Positions 38,041 to 49,298 are shown, counted from the stretch's first letter. The stretch is 64,000 nucleotides of DNA from Tepidisphaera sp. (GCA_050916045.1 CP051526.1:3072001-3136000); one strand, 5' to 3'. Made by a program: numbers and translations. Notes: a model not told the origin generated them from the letters alone.

Positions 38041-39618
38041 TCACTTCAGGTTGGCCAGATGCTTCTCCGGGTCCTCCCAGAAGGTCTTGGGACAGTTCGG
38101 GCAGCAGAACCCGATGACCTTGCCCTTGTAAAGAATCTGGTACTCGGGCTTGATCGGCGAGCCGGAGATCGGGCAGACGGTGTTGATCGGCTTGAGGTCG
38201 GCTGCGACCGCCGGCGCGGCTCCAACCGGCGGGGCATCGCTCGTAAACTTGAGATCCGTCTCTCCCTCCAGCGTGGTCGTCGTCAGCTTGTCGCCCGCAT
38301 CGACGGACAGGCCCGCCTTGAGCTCCCGGAGGTCGACGATCGTCTCGGGCGTCAGCCCCGCATCCCACACATAAAGCGTCCTGATCTTCGGCAGCGAGGT
38401 CAAAAGCCCACGAACCGCCCCGTCCGCACCCGAGAGCTTCGTGCGGGCCAGAATCAGCTCTTCGAGTGCCCCATGCCCCTTGAGCATCACCAGTTGCTCG
38501 ACTGTGATCGGCGTGGACGCCACGTCAAGCCGGCGGAGATGCGGCATCGTCGCCACCAAAGCCATCGTCTTGGCTCCAACCTGCGTCCGCGCAAGCGAGA
38601 GATCCTCGATCGACTCGGCAAGCGGCTTGAGCAGAGCTTCCGCTTTCGCGTCATCGATCGTCGGAGCGATCGCGGCAAAGCTCACGATCAGCCGGGGGTT
38701 TGATTCGCTCACCGGCTCGGCATGGGCGAGCGCGGCCCTCAGCGCTGAAATCGCCGAAGCGGATGGAGGCGGGATCACCGGCGCGGCGGGCGCAAGCGTC
38801 GGAGCAGGCTGCGGGGGCGCTTCCCCGGCCAGCGGCTCATCGAAACGGGCCCCACGCTTGACCCAATCCACGATCGCCGCGATCTCCGCTTCCGTCGGCT
38901 GCGGCTTGCCCTCCGGCGGCATGTGGTCATCGTCCAGGAGCGGGAGGCGGATGCGGTCGACGATCTGGCTCGCTTCCGGGTTGCCCGCGACGAACAAACT
39001 GCCAAGGTCCCCGCCCGCGAGCAGGTCCGCTTGCGTGTGCATGCGGAGGCCGCCCTTGGCTTTCTCCTCGCCATGGCAGGCGTAGCAGGTTCGCGCGAGA
39101 ATCGGCTTGATCTCGGCGTCAAACCGGGTGGTCGACACCGGCGTGATCGTCGGCTCAAACTCGGCGTTCGGCTCGCGCTCCGCTTTGCGATTCAGCGGCG
39201 CGAACAGGAAGTCCGCGCCGTGCGTCATCGTCGCGCCAAGGTGCCCCGCAGGAAAGAGCATCGCGAGCGTCGCAAGCAGCAGAGCCCGCCGCGCCAACGG
39301 CTTATCCCCCCACAGGGAAACCGCCGCCGTCAGACACGCCAGGATCGTGCACGCGATCCCCGTGTAGAAGTGAAGATCGAGGGTCTTGCCCGCATACGTC
39401 TGGCCACCCCCCTCCTGGCTCAGGATGTACCCCGTCACCCCCGCCGCGACCGCCGAGAGCGCGCCGATCGTCGCAAGCACGCGCACGGCGCCAAGCCACC
39501 CGCTCCCCCGCGCCAGCACCATCGCCAGCTCGATCGCCGCCAAGCCGATGAAAATCCCGATCGGAGCGTGCAGCAGCATCGGATGCGACCGCCCCAGTAC
39601 CTCGATCCATGCGCTCAT
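38041..39618 (-). CDS. Membrane protein with planctomycete cytochrome c, LRR and YHS-like domains
   Basis: HPMLLHAPIG TM domain, CYACHG haem motif, HMPPEGK, LRR units, NTVCPISG...FCCPNC. Confidence 0.85.
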   Translation of the reverse strand: MSAWIEVLGRSHPMLLHAPIGIFIGLAAIELAMVLARGSGWLGAVRVLATIGALSAVAAGVTGYILSQEGGGQTYAGKTLDLHFYTGIACTILACLTAAVSLWGDKPLARRALLLATLAMLFPAGHLGATMTHGADFLFAPLNRKAEREPNAEFEPTITPVSTTRFDAEIKPILARTCYACHGEEKAKGGLRMHTQADLLAGGDLGSLFVAGNPEASQIVDRIRLPLLDDDHMPPEGKPQPTEAEIAAIVDWVKRGARFDEPLAGEAPPQPAPTLAPAAPVIPPPSASAISALRAALAHAEPVSESNPRLIVSFAAIAPTIDDAKAEALLKPLAESIEDLSLARTQVGAKTMALVATMPHLRRLDVASTPITVEQLVMLKGHGALEELILARTKLSGADGAVRGLLTSLPKIRTLYVWDAGLTPETIVDLRELKAGLSVDAGDKLTTTTLEGETDLKFTSDAPPVGAAPAVAADLKPINTVCPISGSPIKPEYQILYKGKVIGFCCPNCPKTFWEDPEKHLANLK

Positions 39619-39679
39619 CTGTTCGTCCTTGAAGCTCCGCGAAGCACGTTCACCCAATCCATCTTCACGCCACCAGCAA

Positions 39680-41197
39680 TCACAGCAGCAGATCCTTCCG
39701 CACCTTGCCGAAGACGTCCGTCAGCCGGAAATCCCGGCCCTGAGCACGGTACGTCAGCCGCGTGTGATCCAACCCGAGGCAGTGAAGCATCGTCGCGTGC
39801 AGGTCGTGCACATCCATCGGGTTCTCGACGATGTTGTAGCAGAATTCGTCCGTCTTGCCGTACGTGATGCCGGGCTTCACGCCGCCGCCCGCCATCCAGA
39901 TCGTGTAGCAGCGCGGATGGTGGTCGCGGCCATAGTTCTCCGTCGTCAGCGTCCCCTGCGAGTACACCGTCCGCCCGAACTCCCCCGCCCACAGCACCAG
40001 CGTGTCGTCCAGCATCCCGCGCCGCCGCAGATCCTTCACCAGCGCCGCTTGCGGCTGATCCACCGCGTTGCACTGGGCTTTCAGCTCGCTCGGAAGGTTA
40101 CCGTGCTGGTCCCACCCTCGCATGTAAAGCTGCACAAACCGCACGCCGCGCTCCGCCAGGCGACGCGCGAGCAGACAGTTGGCCGCGAACGAACCCGGCT
40201 TCTTCACGTCCGGCCCGTACATATCCAGCGTTTCCTGCGACTCGTCGCTGAAATCCGCAAGCTCCGGCACCGACATCTGCATCCGGTACGCCATCTCATA
40301 CTGCGAGATCCGCGCGCGAACCTCGGGGTCAAGCGACCGGGCCGCTTCCTGCTCGTTGAGCTCGCCGACCAGATCAAGCATGCGGCGACGGTCGGCGCGA
40401 GCCACACCCGCCGGATCCTTCAGGAAGTGCACCGGGTCCCCCGCCGAACGCATCCGGCACCCCTGATGCTCCGAGGGCAGGAACCCCGAGCCCCAGAACC
40501 GCGCGGAAAGCGCCTGCATGTTCCCGATCCCCTGCGTGATCAGCACGACAAACGTCGGCAGGTTCGCGTTCGAAGACCCCAAGCCGTAGCTCAGCCACGA
40601 TCCCATCGACGGACGCCCGGGCTGCTGATTGCCCGTCTGGAAGAACGTGATCCCCGGCTCATGGTTGATCGCTTCGGTGTGCATCGAATGAATGAAGCAA
40701 AGCTCGTGAGCGATCGACGCGGTGTGGGGGATGAGCTCGGAAAGCCAGACCCCGTCCTGGGAATTCTTGTGCTTGGAGAACTTGAAGATCGACGGCGCGA
40801 CAGGAAACCTCGACTGGCCGCTCGTCATACCCGTGAGCCGCTGTCCGTTCCGGATGGACTCGGGCAGGTCTTGGTTGAACCGATGCCGCAAGCCGGGCTT
40901 GTGGTCATAGAGGTCAAGCTGGCTGGGCGCCCCCTCCATGTGCATGCAGATCACACGCTTGGCTTTGGGAGCAAAGTGCGTCCCCGCCCGGAACAGAGCT
41001 TCGGCGCGGGCGGCGTCGTCGGTCCCGCCGCCGGCGACGCTCGAAGGGCCCGCGCCGCTCAACATCGTCGACAGAGCAAGACCGCCGAGCCCCGCCCCCA
41101 TCATCGTCGCCGCTTGCCCGAAGAATCGGCGGCGCGTGAGGTCGAGATAGTGCTGCTCAAGCGGGTGGGACGCGGGCTGAATCGGGTCGTTCTTCAT
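39680..41197 (-). CDS. DUF1501 family protein (Tat-exported)
   Basis: TRRRFF Tat motif, [43 protein letters not shown]. Confidence 0.93.
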   Translation of the reverse strand: MKNDPIQPASHPLEQHYLDLTRRRFFGQAATMMGAGLGGLALSTMLSGAGPSSVAGGGTDDAARAEALFRAGTHFAPKAKRVICMHMEGAPSQLDLYDHKPGLRHRFNQDLPESIRNGQRLTGMTSGQSRFPVAPSIFKFSKHKNSQDGVWLSELIPHTASIAHELCFIHSMHTEAINHEPGITFFQTGNQQPGRPSMGSWLSYGLGSSNANLPTFVVLITQGIGNMQALSARFWGSGFLPSEHQGCRMRSAGDPVHFLKDPAGVARADRRRMLDLVGELNEQEAARSLDPEVRARISQYEMAYRMQMSVPELADFSDESQETLDMYGPDVKKPGSFAANCLLARRLAERGVRFVQLYMRGWDQHGNLPSELKAQCNAVDQPQAALVKDLRRRGMLDDTLVLWAGEFGRTVYSQGTLTTENYGRDHHPRCYTIWMAGGGVKPGITYGKTDEFCYNIVENPMDVHDLHATMLHCLGLDHTRLTYRAQGRDFRLTDVFGKVRKDLLL

Positions 41198-41216
41198 GGT
41201 GGTCTCGGTCCTGTGT

Positions 41217-44200
41217 TCAGTCCTGCGTAATCGCTTCGTGAAGGTTCATCATGCTGCTCGCGAGCATGGTCCACGCCGCAAGCTCGGCCGCGGCAAGGTC
41301 CTTGGGCTTCTCCGCCACGCCAACCTTGAGCAAGGCTTCGGCTTCCGCGGGCGCGTCGGCGTATCGCTTGCGGAAGTCCGCCAGCGCCGCCGCGATCGCG
41401 GCCATCTCACGCTCGCTGGGCATGCGCGCCGTCCACCGACGGAACATGGTCGTCAGCCGCGAAGCGTCATCCCCCGGCGTGGTCAGCGTCCGCTGCGCAA
41501 GCACCCGCGCCGCTTCCACAAACTGCTCATCGTTCCAAAGCACCAGCGCCTGAAGCGGCGTGTTCGTGCTCGGACGGCCGACCGTGCACATCTCGCGCGT
41601 CGGCGCGTCAAACGTCAGCATCGACGGCGACGGCGCCGCCCGCTTCCAGTACGTGTACAAGCTGCGGCGGTACAGGTCCTCACCCATGCCCCGCTCGAAG
41701 ATCCGCGTGTTGGACTGCGGCATCGCGACCTCCGTCCAGATCCCCTCGGGCTGGTACGGCTTCACCGAAGGCCCGCCCATCTTCTCCGCAAGCAGCCCCG
41801 CGTTGAAGAGAGCCATGTCGCGGATCTGCTCCGCACCAAGCCGCCGCCGCGGATAGAACGCAAGCAACCGATTCTCCGGGTCCGTCTCCGCAAGGTCCTT
41901 GCGAACGATCGAAGCTTGCTTGTACGTCGCGCTCGTCACCATCAGACGCAGCACATGCCGCACGTTCCACCCGGACTCGCGGAACTCAACCGCGAGCCAG
42001 TCGAGCAGCTCCGGATGGCTCGGCCAATCCCCCTGGAACCCGAAATCATCCGTCGTCCGCACCAACCCCTTGCCGAACACCATCTCCCACATCCGGTTCA
42101 CCGTGACGCGAGCGAAAAGCGGGTTCTCCGCACCCGTCATCCACTTCGAGAGGCCCAAGCGATCCGCAGGGGCACCCTCCGGCAGCTTGCCAAGGAACGC
42201 GGGGACGCGTCGCGTAACGGGGCGGTTCTTGTCCGGCTGGTCATAGGCGCCGCGAGAGAGAACGAACGTCTCGCGCGGCTTGGGAAGCTCCTTCATCACC
42301 ATCGTCTTGGGAGCCGCGGCGTCCAGAGCTTTCTTCTCCGCGTCGATCGCGTCCAGACGCGCCGCACGCTCGCGGTACGCCGGAAGCGACGTCTCACGCC
42401 ATGCCCGGTCCAGGCGAGCGGCAAGCTCCGGTGACCGCGCGGTTTCCGAAAGAATCGCCGCCGTCATGTCGCTCGTGAGCGCGTCGGCCGAACCGGGCCG
42501 GTCCGTCGCCGTCCAGAACGCACCGCCCGGCCCGCCGGTGTTCGCAATCTTGAGCACGACCGCATTCCGGCCGGGCTTGACCTCGATGGTCGCGTTGTCA
42601 CGGCCCTGGTCGATGCCGCGCTCGACAAACCGCGCCGCCGCTTCCTTCGTGTTGACGTAGATCTTCCACGCGTCATCGCTCCCAAGCGTCACATCAAGCG
42701 TGCGGGCGGTCGGCGCGTAAACATACCGGCCGAAATACTCCGCAAGCCGGCCCGCCGGCGTGTTCCGGATCATCCCGTCGTTGAACGTGATGTCGAACGC
42801 CCAGCGAAGCTCGTTCTTCGGCCCCCAAGTCTTCCCAAACGCCAGCGCATCGGGCGCGACGCCCTCGGTCGCCATCTCCGGCCCCAGCGCCGGCTCGTAG
42901 ACGCGGTTCTCCTTGTCGCCGGGGAACGACCCCGCGTAGTACCAGCGGCTCTTCGCGACGGGAAGGCGGGCAATCCCGCTCTCATTGATCGTCCCAAGGT
43001 CCAAGCGGACCTTGGCCAGCGTGTGCTCGGTGTACGTCGACGTCTGCTCGATCGTCACCGTCACCGTCGAACCACCCTCGAACCCGAACGGCTCCTCAGA
43101 CAAAAGCAACGCGACGCGGGAACCCGGCTTGTCGTGACCCTCCAGCGCCCAGCCCGCGTTCGCCGGCCTGCCGCCGTCGATGATGTTCACGACGTCGTAG
43201 TCGCCGTTCTGCTGCGAGTGATCCGCCCACGCCCAGACGAACCGCACGTTCTGCTTCTTCGACGGGTCGGCCAGACTGGTGACCTCGGCTTTCACCTGCG
43301 AAACCACCGCGTTGCCGTTGGGAGCCCGCCCGACCTTGCCGTTCTCCGCCAGCAGCGCTTCAAGCGAAAGCAACCGAAGCCCAACCTTCTGCGTCGCGAG
43401 GTCCACGCTGTACGTCACCATCGGCGCATTCGGGCCGTTCGCCGTGATCGAACGATCGGCCGCGGCCGTCAGCGTCACGCCGTTGTCCGCGCGGGCCTGC
43501 TTCACCTGCGGAGCTACCCACTCCACGCCCGACTTCGAAGCCACCTCGCCCAGGAACGCACGGTACTGCGATTCCTCCTCGGGCGTCCGCTCCGAAATCG
43601 ACTCGCGAAGCTTCTTCGCTTCCTCAACCAGCTCCGCGATCTTCGACTTCTGCGCCGCCGTCGGCACCACGATGAACGGCTCGAACGCCCGCTTGGGGTC
43701 GGCTTCCTGCGAATAAAGCCCCGGCTCCTCGATCGAATTGAAGAACGCGTACAGGCTGAAGAAATCCTCCGCCGTCACCGGGTCAAACTTGTGGTCGTGG
43801 CACCGCGCGCACCCCACCGTCAGCCCCAGCATCACCGACCCCACCGTGCTCGTGCGGTCCACCGCGTACTCGACGAGATACTCCTCCGCGATCGCGCCGC
43901 CCTCGTCGGTCGTGACGTGGTTGCGGTTAAACCCGCTCGCGATCTTCTGCTCGACCGTCGCCCCGGGGATCAGGTCCCCCGCAAGCTGCTCGGTGACGAA
44001 CCGGTCGTACGGCATGTTCGACCGGTACGCTTCAAGCACCCAGTCGCGCCAAAGCCACATCTGCCGCCCCGCATCCATATGGATGCCGTTCGTGTCCGCG
44101 TACCGCGACTGATCCATCCACGGCGCGGCCATCCGCTCCGCATACCGCGTGATGTACGGCTCCTGCGTCAAAAGCTTGTCCACCAGCCGCTCATACGCGT

Positions 44201-44918
44201 CCGGCGCCGTGTCCGCAAGAAACGCATCCAGCTCCTCCGGCGTCGGCGGCAAGCCCGTCAGCTCAAGAAACACGCGGCGGGCAAGCGTCGCCGCGTCCGC
44301 CTCCGGGCTCGGTGCCACGCCGCGACCTTCCAGCTTGGCAAGCACGAACCGATCGACCGCATTCTTCGTCCAGCCGTTGTTCTTCACGGTCGGCTCGGCG
44401 GGCCGGACGGGCGTCTCAAACGCCCAGTGCTTCTCGTACTTCGCGCCCGACTCGATCCACGCCCGGATGATCTCGCGCTCGGCTTCGCTGAGCGGCTTCT
44501 TCCCGCTGTCCGGCGGGGGCATCACCAGCGAAGCGTTCGCCGACGTGATCCGATTCCAGACTTCGCTCTTGCCCACCTCGCCGGGAACGATCGCCGCGCC
44601 CCCATCGCGGGCGTGCGTCGCATCCTCAAACTGGTCCAGCCGCAACCCCGCCGCCCGCGTCGCCGAGTCAAACCCGTGGCACTTGAAGCACCGGTCCGAC
44701 AGGATCGGCCGCACATCCCGCCCGAACACAACCTCCTGCCCGCTCGCGGTCCGGATGACTTCGGCACCCGCTCCCACCGGCCGCCCCGCGGCTTCGGCGA
44801 GCATGGCTTCCATCCCCGCGCCCTCCCGATCACGGGAAGCCCCCGCAAGGACAAACACGCCGCTCCCGGCGGCCAGCACGAGGCAGGGCAGGATCAGGTT
44901 CCGTCGGGGTCGTCGCAT
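41217..44918 (-). CDS. PSD1/planctomycete cytochrome c protein (DUF1549/DUF1553)
   Basis: [55 protein letters not shown]. Confidence 0.93.
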   Translation of the reverse strand: MRRPRRNLILPCLVLAAGSGVFVLAGASRDREGAGMEAMLAEAAGRPVGAGAEVIRTASGQEVVFGRDVRPILSDRCFKCHGFDSATRAAGLRLDQFEDATHARDGGAAIVPGEVGKSEVWNRITSANASLVMPPPDSGKKPLSEAEREIIRAWIESGAKYEKHWAFETPVRPAEPTVKNNGWTKNAVDRFVLAKLEGRGVAPSPEADAATLARRVFLELTGLPPTPEELDAFLADTAPDAYERLVDKLLTQEPYITRYAERMAAPWMDQSRYADTNGIHMDAGRQMWLWRDWVLEAYRSNMPYDRFVTEQLAGDLIPGATVEQKIASGFNRNHVTTDEGGAIAEEYLVEYAVDRTSTVGSVMLGLTVGCARCHDHKFDPVTAEDFFSLYAFFNSIEEPGLYSQEADPKRAFEPFIVVPTAAQKSKIAELVEEAKKLRESISERTPEEESQYRAFLGEVASKSGVEWVAPQVKQARADNGVTLTAAADRSITANGPNAPMVTYSVDLATQKVGLRLLSLEALLAENGKVGRAPNGNAVVSQVKAEVTSLADPSKKQNVRFVWAWADHSQQNGDYDVVNIIDGGRPANAGWALEGHDKPGSRVALLLSEEPFGFEGGSTVTVTIEQTSTYTEHTLAKVRLDLGTINESGIARLPVAKSRWYYAGSFPGDKENRVYEPALGPEMATEGVAPDALAFGKTWGPKNELRWAFDITFNDGMIRNTPAGRLAEYFGRYVYAPTARTLDVTLGSDDAWKIYVNTKEAAARFVERGIDQGRDNATIEVKPGRNAVVLKIANTGGPGGAFWTATDRPGSADALTSDMTAAILSETARSPELAARLDRAWRETSLPAYRERAARLDAIDAEKKALDAAAPKTMVMKELPKPRETFVLSRGAYDQPDKNRPVTRRVPAFLGKLPEGAPADRLGLSKWMTGAENPLFARVTVNRMWEMVFGKGLVRTTDDFGFQGDWPSHPELLDWLAVEFRESGWNVRHVLRLMVTSATYKQASIVRKDLAETDPENRLLAFYPRRRLGAEQIRDMALFNAGLLAEKMGGPSVKPYQPEGIWTEVAMPQSNTRIFERGMGEDLYRRSLYTYWKRAAPSPSMLTFDAPTREMCTVGRPSTNTPLQALVLWNDEQFVEAARVLAQRTLTTPGDDASRLTTMFRRWTARMPSEREMAAIAAALADFRKRYADAPAEAEALLKVGVAEKPKDLAAAELAAWTMLASSMMNLHEAITQD

Positions 44919-45041
44919 GCCGCCAGCATACACGATCCCGGGAGATTTCAAGCGCCCAAAGCCGCCCCCCACCCCTCCACGCACCCGGCGGTATGATCCC
45001 CTTCCACAAACCACCCAAAGGACCTCCAGAGGAACCCGCCC

Positions 45042-46166
45042 ATGGCCAAACAGCCCGCCGCTTCCGCCACCAACACCGACCTTCTCAAGCGTCTCTGCGA
45101 GACCCCCGGCGTCCCAGGCCGCGAAGAACGCGTGCGGGCCCTGATCGCCACCGAAATCAAAGGCCTCTTCGACTCCGTCGAGACCGACTCCATGGGCAAC
45201 CTCATCTGCCGCCGAGCCCCCCGCCCCGGCAAGAAGCACAAAGGCCAGAAATCCGCCGAGCCCCGCGCCCTGGCCGAGAAACGCGCCACCCGCGTCATGC
45301 TCCTCTGCCACATGGATGAGATCGGCTTCTACGTCTCCGCCATCGACGACAAGGGCAACATCTGGGTCAACCCCGCGGGCGGCTTCGACACGCGGAACCT
45401 CTTCTCCCGCCGCGTCACCGTCGTCACCGAGCATGGCGACTTCGCCGGCGTGATGAACCCCGGCGGCCGCCCGATCCACATCTCTTCCGCCAAGGACCGC
45501 GAGAAGGTCCCCGAGGTCAAGGAGTTCTTCATCGACCTGGGCCTCCCCGCCGCGGATGTCAAGAAGAACGTCCAGATCGGCGACTACGTCGTCATGAACG
45601 AGCCCGCCCTCCACTTGGGCAACAAGTTCGTCTCCAAAGCCCTCGACAACCGCGTCGCCTGCTGGCTCGGCATCGAGTCCCTCCGCCGCCTCATCGACAA
45701 GCATGACGGCGAGCATAATTGTGAAATCGTCGTCGCCTTTACTACTCAAGAAGAGGTTGGCCTCCGCGGCGCGAAGACCGCGAGCCACGCCGTCCTCCCC
45801 GACATCGGCTTTGGCATCGATGTCACCCTCGCCTGCGATGGCCCCGGCGTCCCCTCCGAAGAAGCCGTGACCAAGCACGGCCTTGGCTTCGGCCTGCACA
45901 TCAAGGATGGCTCCTTCATCTCCGACTACAACCTCGTCAAGGAAGTCGAAGCCGTCGCGAAGAAGCACAAGATCCCCTACCAACGCACCATCCTCGCCGC
46001 CGGCGGCCAGGACGGCGCAGCGGCCCAACAAGCCGCCGCCGGCGCCCGCGCCGTCGGCGTGGTGGTCGGCACCCGCTACATCCACACCGTCACCGAAATG
46101 ATCGACCTCACCGACCTCAACGCGGCGCGTGACGTCCTTGCGGCGTATATGGCGGGGGTGGCGTAA
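45042..46166 (+). CDS. M42 family aminopeptidase
   Basis: PGVPGRE, CHMDEIG, SKALDNR, QEEVGLRGA, IDVT, RYIHT. Confidence 0.92.
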   Translation: MAKQPAASATNTDLLKRLCETPGVPGREERVRALIATEIKGLFDSVETDSMGNLICRRAPRPGKKHKGQKSAEPRALAEKRATRVMLLCHMDEIGFYVSAIDDKGNIWVNPAGGFDTRNLFSRRVTVVTEHGDFAGVMNPGGRPIHISSAKDREKVPEVKEFFIDLGLPAADVKKNVQIGDYVVMNEPALHLGNKFVSKALDNRVACWLGIESLRRLIDKHDGEHNCEIVVAFTTQEEVGLRGAKTASHAVLPDIGFGIDVTLACDGPGVPSEEAVTKHGLGFGLHIKDGSFISDYNLVKEVEAVAKKHKIPYQRTILAAGGQDGAAAQQAAAGARAVGVVVGTRYIHTVTEMIDLTDLNAARDVLAAYMAGVA

Positions 46167-46249
46167 GGGCTTGGCAACCCGGCCGGCATACCGTCGCCGT
46201 AGACATCGGCTGACCTACGAGTAGTCCGAGACCGTTGAGATGAAACACG

Positions 46250-47269
46250 ATGAGAGTGGTATCAAATCCCGAGATCAAGCCCGACGTCGGGGGAGGTCCA
46301 AAGGCGGACTCGTTTGCATCCCTATACCACGATCTTGTTGGCTCTCTTGACCTCGACGACGTCATACCAAAGCTGGCCAAGGACCCGAAATCAACACGCC
46401 GGATTGAGGCGGTCGTTCAGGAGCAACCAACCAGTCACCAGTTGATCCTTGGCGATGCTCGAACGGCGACGGCGTTGCCGAAGAACTCGATCCATCTCGT
46501 CGTGACATCACCGCCTTACTGGAACCTCAAGCGGTACAACCAACACGACGCCCAGCTCGGGCATGTCGATGACTACGACACGTTCATTGACGGACTCGAC
46601 ACCGTTTGGAAAAACTGCTACGAGGCTCTTGTCCCCGGCGGCAGGTTGGTCATCAACGTTGGGGACGTGTGCCTCTCACGGAAGAAGAACAACGGCCGAC
46701 ATACCGTGGTCCCGTTGCACGCGACGATTCAAGAGCATTGCAAGCGGATCGGGTACGACAACCTCTCGCCGATCATCTGGCACAAGATCTCCAACGCGAG
46801 CTACGAGGCTGAGGGCGGCGGCGGGGGCTTTCTTGGAAAGCCGTACGAACCCAACGCAGTGATCAAGAACGACATCGAGTTCATCCTGATGCAGCGCAAG
46901 CCCGGTGGATATCGCAGCCCAACCAAGAAAGAACGGCTGTTGAGTATTGTGCCCTCGACGAACTACCAGTTGTGGTTCCGTCAGATCTGGAACGATCTGA
47001 CTGGGGCCTCGACGGGCAAACACCCCGCGCCGTACCCTGCCGAACTTGCAGAGCGGCTCATCCGCATGTTCTCGTTCGTAGGCGATACCGTGCTCGACCC
47101 GTTCATGGGAACCGGGAGTACGAACGTCGCGGCCGCGCGGTGGGGACGGCACAGCATCGGCACCGAGATCGATCCCTCATACCTCGACATGGCGAGACGC
47201 CGAATGAGCGAGTTTGACAAGGATCTGTACTTCCGTGCCACGGTCAAGACGACGGGCGGGAAGCAATGA
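46250..47269 (+). CDS. Beta-class amino (N4-C/N6-A) DNA methyltransferase
   Basis: VVTSPPY precedes HPAPYP and VLDPFMGTGST. Confidence 0.92.
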   Translation: MRVVSNPEIKPDVGGGPKADSFASLYHDLVGSLDLDDVIPKLAKDPKSTRRIEAVVQEQPTSHQLILGDARTATALPKNSIHLVVTSPPYWNLKRYNQHDAQLGHVDDYDTFIDGLDTVWKNCYEALVPGGRLVINVGDVCLSRKKNNGRHTVVPLHATIQEHCKRIGYDNLSPIIWHKISNASYEAEGGGGGFLGKPYEPNAVIKNDIEFILMQRKPGGYRSPTKKERLLSIVPSTNYQLWFRQIWNDLTGASTGKHPAPYPAELAERLIRMFSFVGDTVLDPFMGTGSTNVAAARWGRHSIGTEIDPSYLDMARRRMSEFDKDLYFRATVKTTGGKQ

Positions 47270-48009
47270 GCGGGCTGGATGAGCGGCTTGTCGATCGAGC
47301 GAAGTCGAGGGTGCGCGATGCGGTCCGGCACTTTTGGACGACGCGATCGGGCCAGTCGCTCCGTCAGGGTGCAGGGGGGGATGCGGATCGTGGGGCACGA
47401 TCGGCGGTCACGGGTGGACGGCAGATGGATGAGTTCGTCGCGCTCGTGTCAGAAATGCTCATCCACATCGGTGTCCCGCCTGAGTCGATCTTTGTGTCGA
47501 GGGGCCTCGAACTTCCGGGATGGTTCCGGGCAGAGAAGAAATGGGACCTTGTCGTCGTTCACAGCGGGGAACTCCTGGCCTGCGCGGAGTTCAAGTCGCA
47601 CGTGGGACCGTCGTTTGGCAACAATTTCAACAACCGAACGGAGGAAGCGCTGGGCAGCGCGACGGACCTGTGGGCCGCGTACCGAGAAGGATCGTTCAAG
47701 CCAGCGGCTCGCCCATGGGTCGGATATCTGATGCTGCTCGAGGATTCTGAAGGATCCTCGAACCCGGTGAGCGTCAAGGAGCCGCACTTCAAGGTCTTTC
47801 CGGAGTACCGCGGGGCTTCATATCGCCAACGCTACGAACACTTGATTCTGAAATTGGTACGGGACAGGCTGTACGACAGCGCGTGCCTTTTGCTCTCGCA
47901 AGCACAAACCGGAATCAAGGGAGTATACACGGAGCCCAACGAGGAACTCGCGTTCGATCGGTTTCTGATGTCGCTGCTCGGACAAGTCCTTTCCAAGATT
48001 TCCCGTTGA
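47266..48009 (+). CDS. PaeR7I/XhoI-family type II restriction endonuclease
   Basis: AVTGGRQMD, LPGWFRAEKKWDL, EFKSHVGPSFGNNFNNRTEEALG; ATGA coupling to the MTase. Confidence 0.88.
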   Translation: MSGLDERLVDRAKSRVRDAVRHFWTTRSGQSLRQGAGGDADRGARSAVTGGRQMDEFVALVSEMLIHIGVPPESIFVSRGLELPGWFRAEKKWDLVVVHSGELLACAEFKSHVGPSFGNNFNNRTEEALGSATDLWAAYREGSFKPAARPWVGYLMLLEDSEGSSNPVSVKEPHFKVFPEYRGASYRQRYEHLILKLVRDRLYDSACLLLSQAQTGIKGVYTEPNEELAFDRFLMSLLGQVLSKISR

Positions 48010-48102
48010 TTTACGATTCTCGCAGCCGTGCTTTCAAAGGGTAAGCACGGACCTGACGGATTCCTGCGTTAACAGATGCTCGCGGCGTCTTTGCCGTAGA
48101 GG

Positions 48103-48291
48103 ATGCTCCACAGGCGCGTGCTTTTGTTCCGTCGGCAGCGAGAAAAACTCCATCTCGCCCGCGCTGCGGGGTTTTTTCCGCGGGTGAAACTCCGGAGGGA
48201 CGGCTCTTTGCTCCATCACGGGCGGGTGATGGGGTTTCGCGGGCGGGTGATGGTGTTTTTCCGCGAGGAGAAACTCTTTCGGCGGGGGGGG
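48103..48291. repeat. Degenerate tandem array, 9 x 21 nt
   Basis: Units begin ATGCTC, TTGTTC, AAACTC, GCGGGG, AAACTC, TTGCTC, ATGGGG, ATGGTG, AAACTC at exact 21-nt spacing; several end GCGGGTG. Confidence 0.7.
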
Positions 48292-48336
48292 GGGAGTTCT
48301 TTGGGAGGGCCGAGAAGTCGGGGGGAGGGTGACTCC

Positions 48337-48371
48337 AAACTTCAAATCTGAAATCTGAAATCGAAAATCAG
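48337..48371. repeat. Heptamer tandem repeat (AAATCTG-like x5)
   Basis: aaacttc aaatctg aaatctg aaatcga aaatcag. Confidence 0.8.
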
Positions 48372-48524
48372 ACATTCATGTCTCCGCGCCTCAAGTCACC
48401 CCCGCGCCCCGTCGATGCACCATTGGGGGGGGGGCGCGGGCTGCAATGGGCCGCCCGCATTCAACACAGCCTTCGTGCCCTCTGGTGTGTGTGGGGGGGT
48501 GTGGGGGTTTGGAGCGCAGCGACC

Positions 48525-49235
48525 ATGGGCAACATTCCTGACAAGCGGCTTGAACAGATCGTCTGGTTCGAGAACCACGTGCCCCTCTGGTCGGGATCGC
48601 CAGCAACCTTCGGCGTCACCGCGCCGATGGTCCTGGCGGTGGACAACGCCACCAAAGCCGCACGCACCGCGTACACCAACGCCGTCAACGCGCGGCAGGC
48701 CTCCAAGAACGCGACGGTCGCCCTCGGCGAGCAAGCCGGGACGATGCTGGACGGCGGACGCGATCTCGTGGGGGTCATCAAGGCCTTCATCGAGAACAGC
48801 AACAACCCCGCGCTCTGGTCGCAGGCCGGGCTCGAGCCCCCCGCGCCCCCCGGGCCCCCGCCCGTGCCCACCGCGCCGTACCAGATGAGCGGCACGCTCG
48901 ACAGCATCGGCAACGTCATCGTCCGCTGGAAGACCAGCCAGCCCGCCGGGGTCTTCGGCGTCATCTATAGCGTGTCGCGGTCGATCGATGGGGGTGAGTT
49001 TGTCCTGCTCGACAGCGTGGGCGAGAAGGAATACATCGACGAGGCCGTCCCCGAGGGGACGCGGAGCGTCTCGTATGTCGTCCGGAGCAAACGCGGCAAG
49101 CAGTTCAGCACCCCCAGCGAGAGTTTGACGCTCCGCTTCGGCAGGGCGGGGGGCGGCGGGGGTGGGGGCTTCACCATCGTGAGCCAGACGATCGGCAAGG
49201 CCGGGGGCAAGGCTGGCGGCAAGCTGGCGGCGTAA
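48525..49235 (+). CDS. Hypothetical protein: helical N-domain, Pro linker, FN3-like domain, Gly tail ending KLAA
   Basis: GGAG RBS; beta-strand pattern VIVRWK..YSVSR..YID..SYVVRS. Confidence 0.8.
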   Translation: MGNIPDKRLEQIVWFENHVPLWSGSPATFGVTAPMVLAVDNATKAARTAYTNAVNARQASKNATVALGEQAGTMLDGGRDLVGVIKAFIENSNNPALWSQAGLEPPAPPGPPPVPTAPYQMSGTLDSIGNVIVRWKTSQPAGVFGVIYSVSRSIDGGEFVLLDSVGEKEYIDEAVPEGTRSVSYVVRSKRGKQFSTPSESLTLRFGRAGGGGGGGFTIVSQTIGKAGGKAGGKLAA

Positions 49236-49268
49236 AGACACGCAGCGCCATCAAATCGCAGGAACTCG

Positions 49269-49298
49269 ACAGGGAAAGGCGCCCGCGCCTTTCCCTGT
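49269..49298 (+). terminator. 13-bp hairpin, likely terminator
   Basis: ACAGGGAAAGGCG-cccg-CGCCTTTCCCTGT followed by T-rich sequence. Confidence 0.7.

Noticed and set aside
44919..46085. N-terminal extension of the 1622-aa ORF
   Set aside because: Antisense to the M42 peptidase; the signal peptide starts at 44918.
48103..48371. CRISPR array interpretation of the repeats
   Set aside because: No constant repeat with unique spacers and no cas genes in the window.
48034..48375. 113-aa minus ORF (MSDFRFQISDLKF...) as a gene
   Set aside because: Its start is just the translated heptamer repeat; composition is not protein-like. Kept only as part of the array finding.
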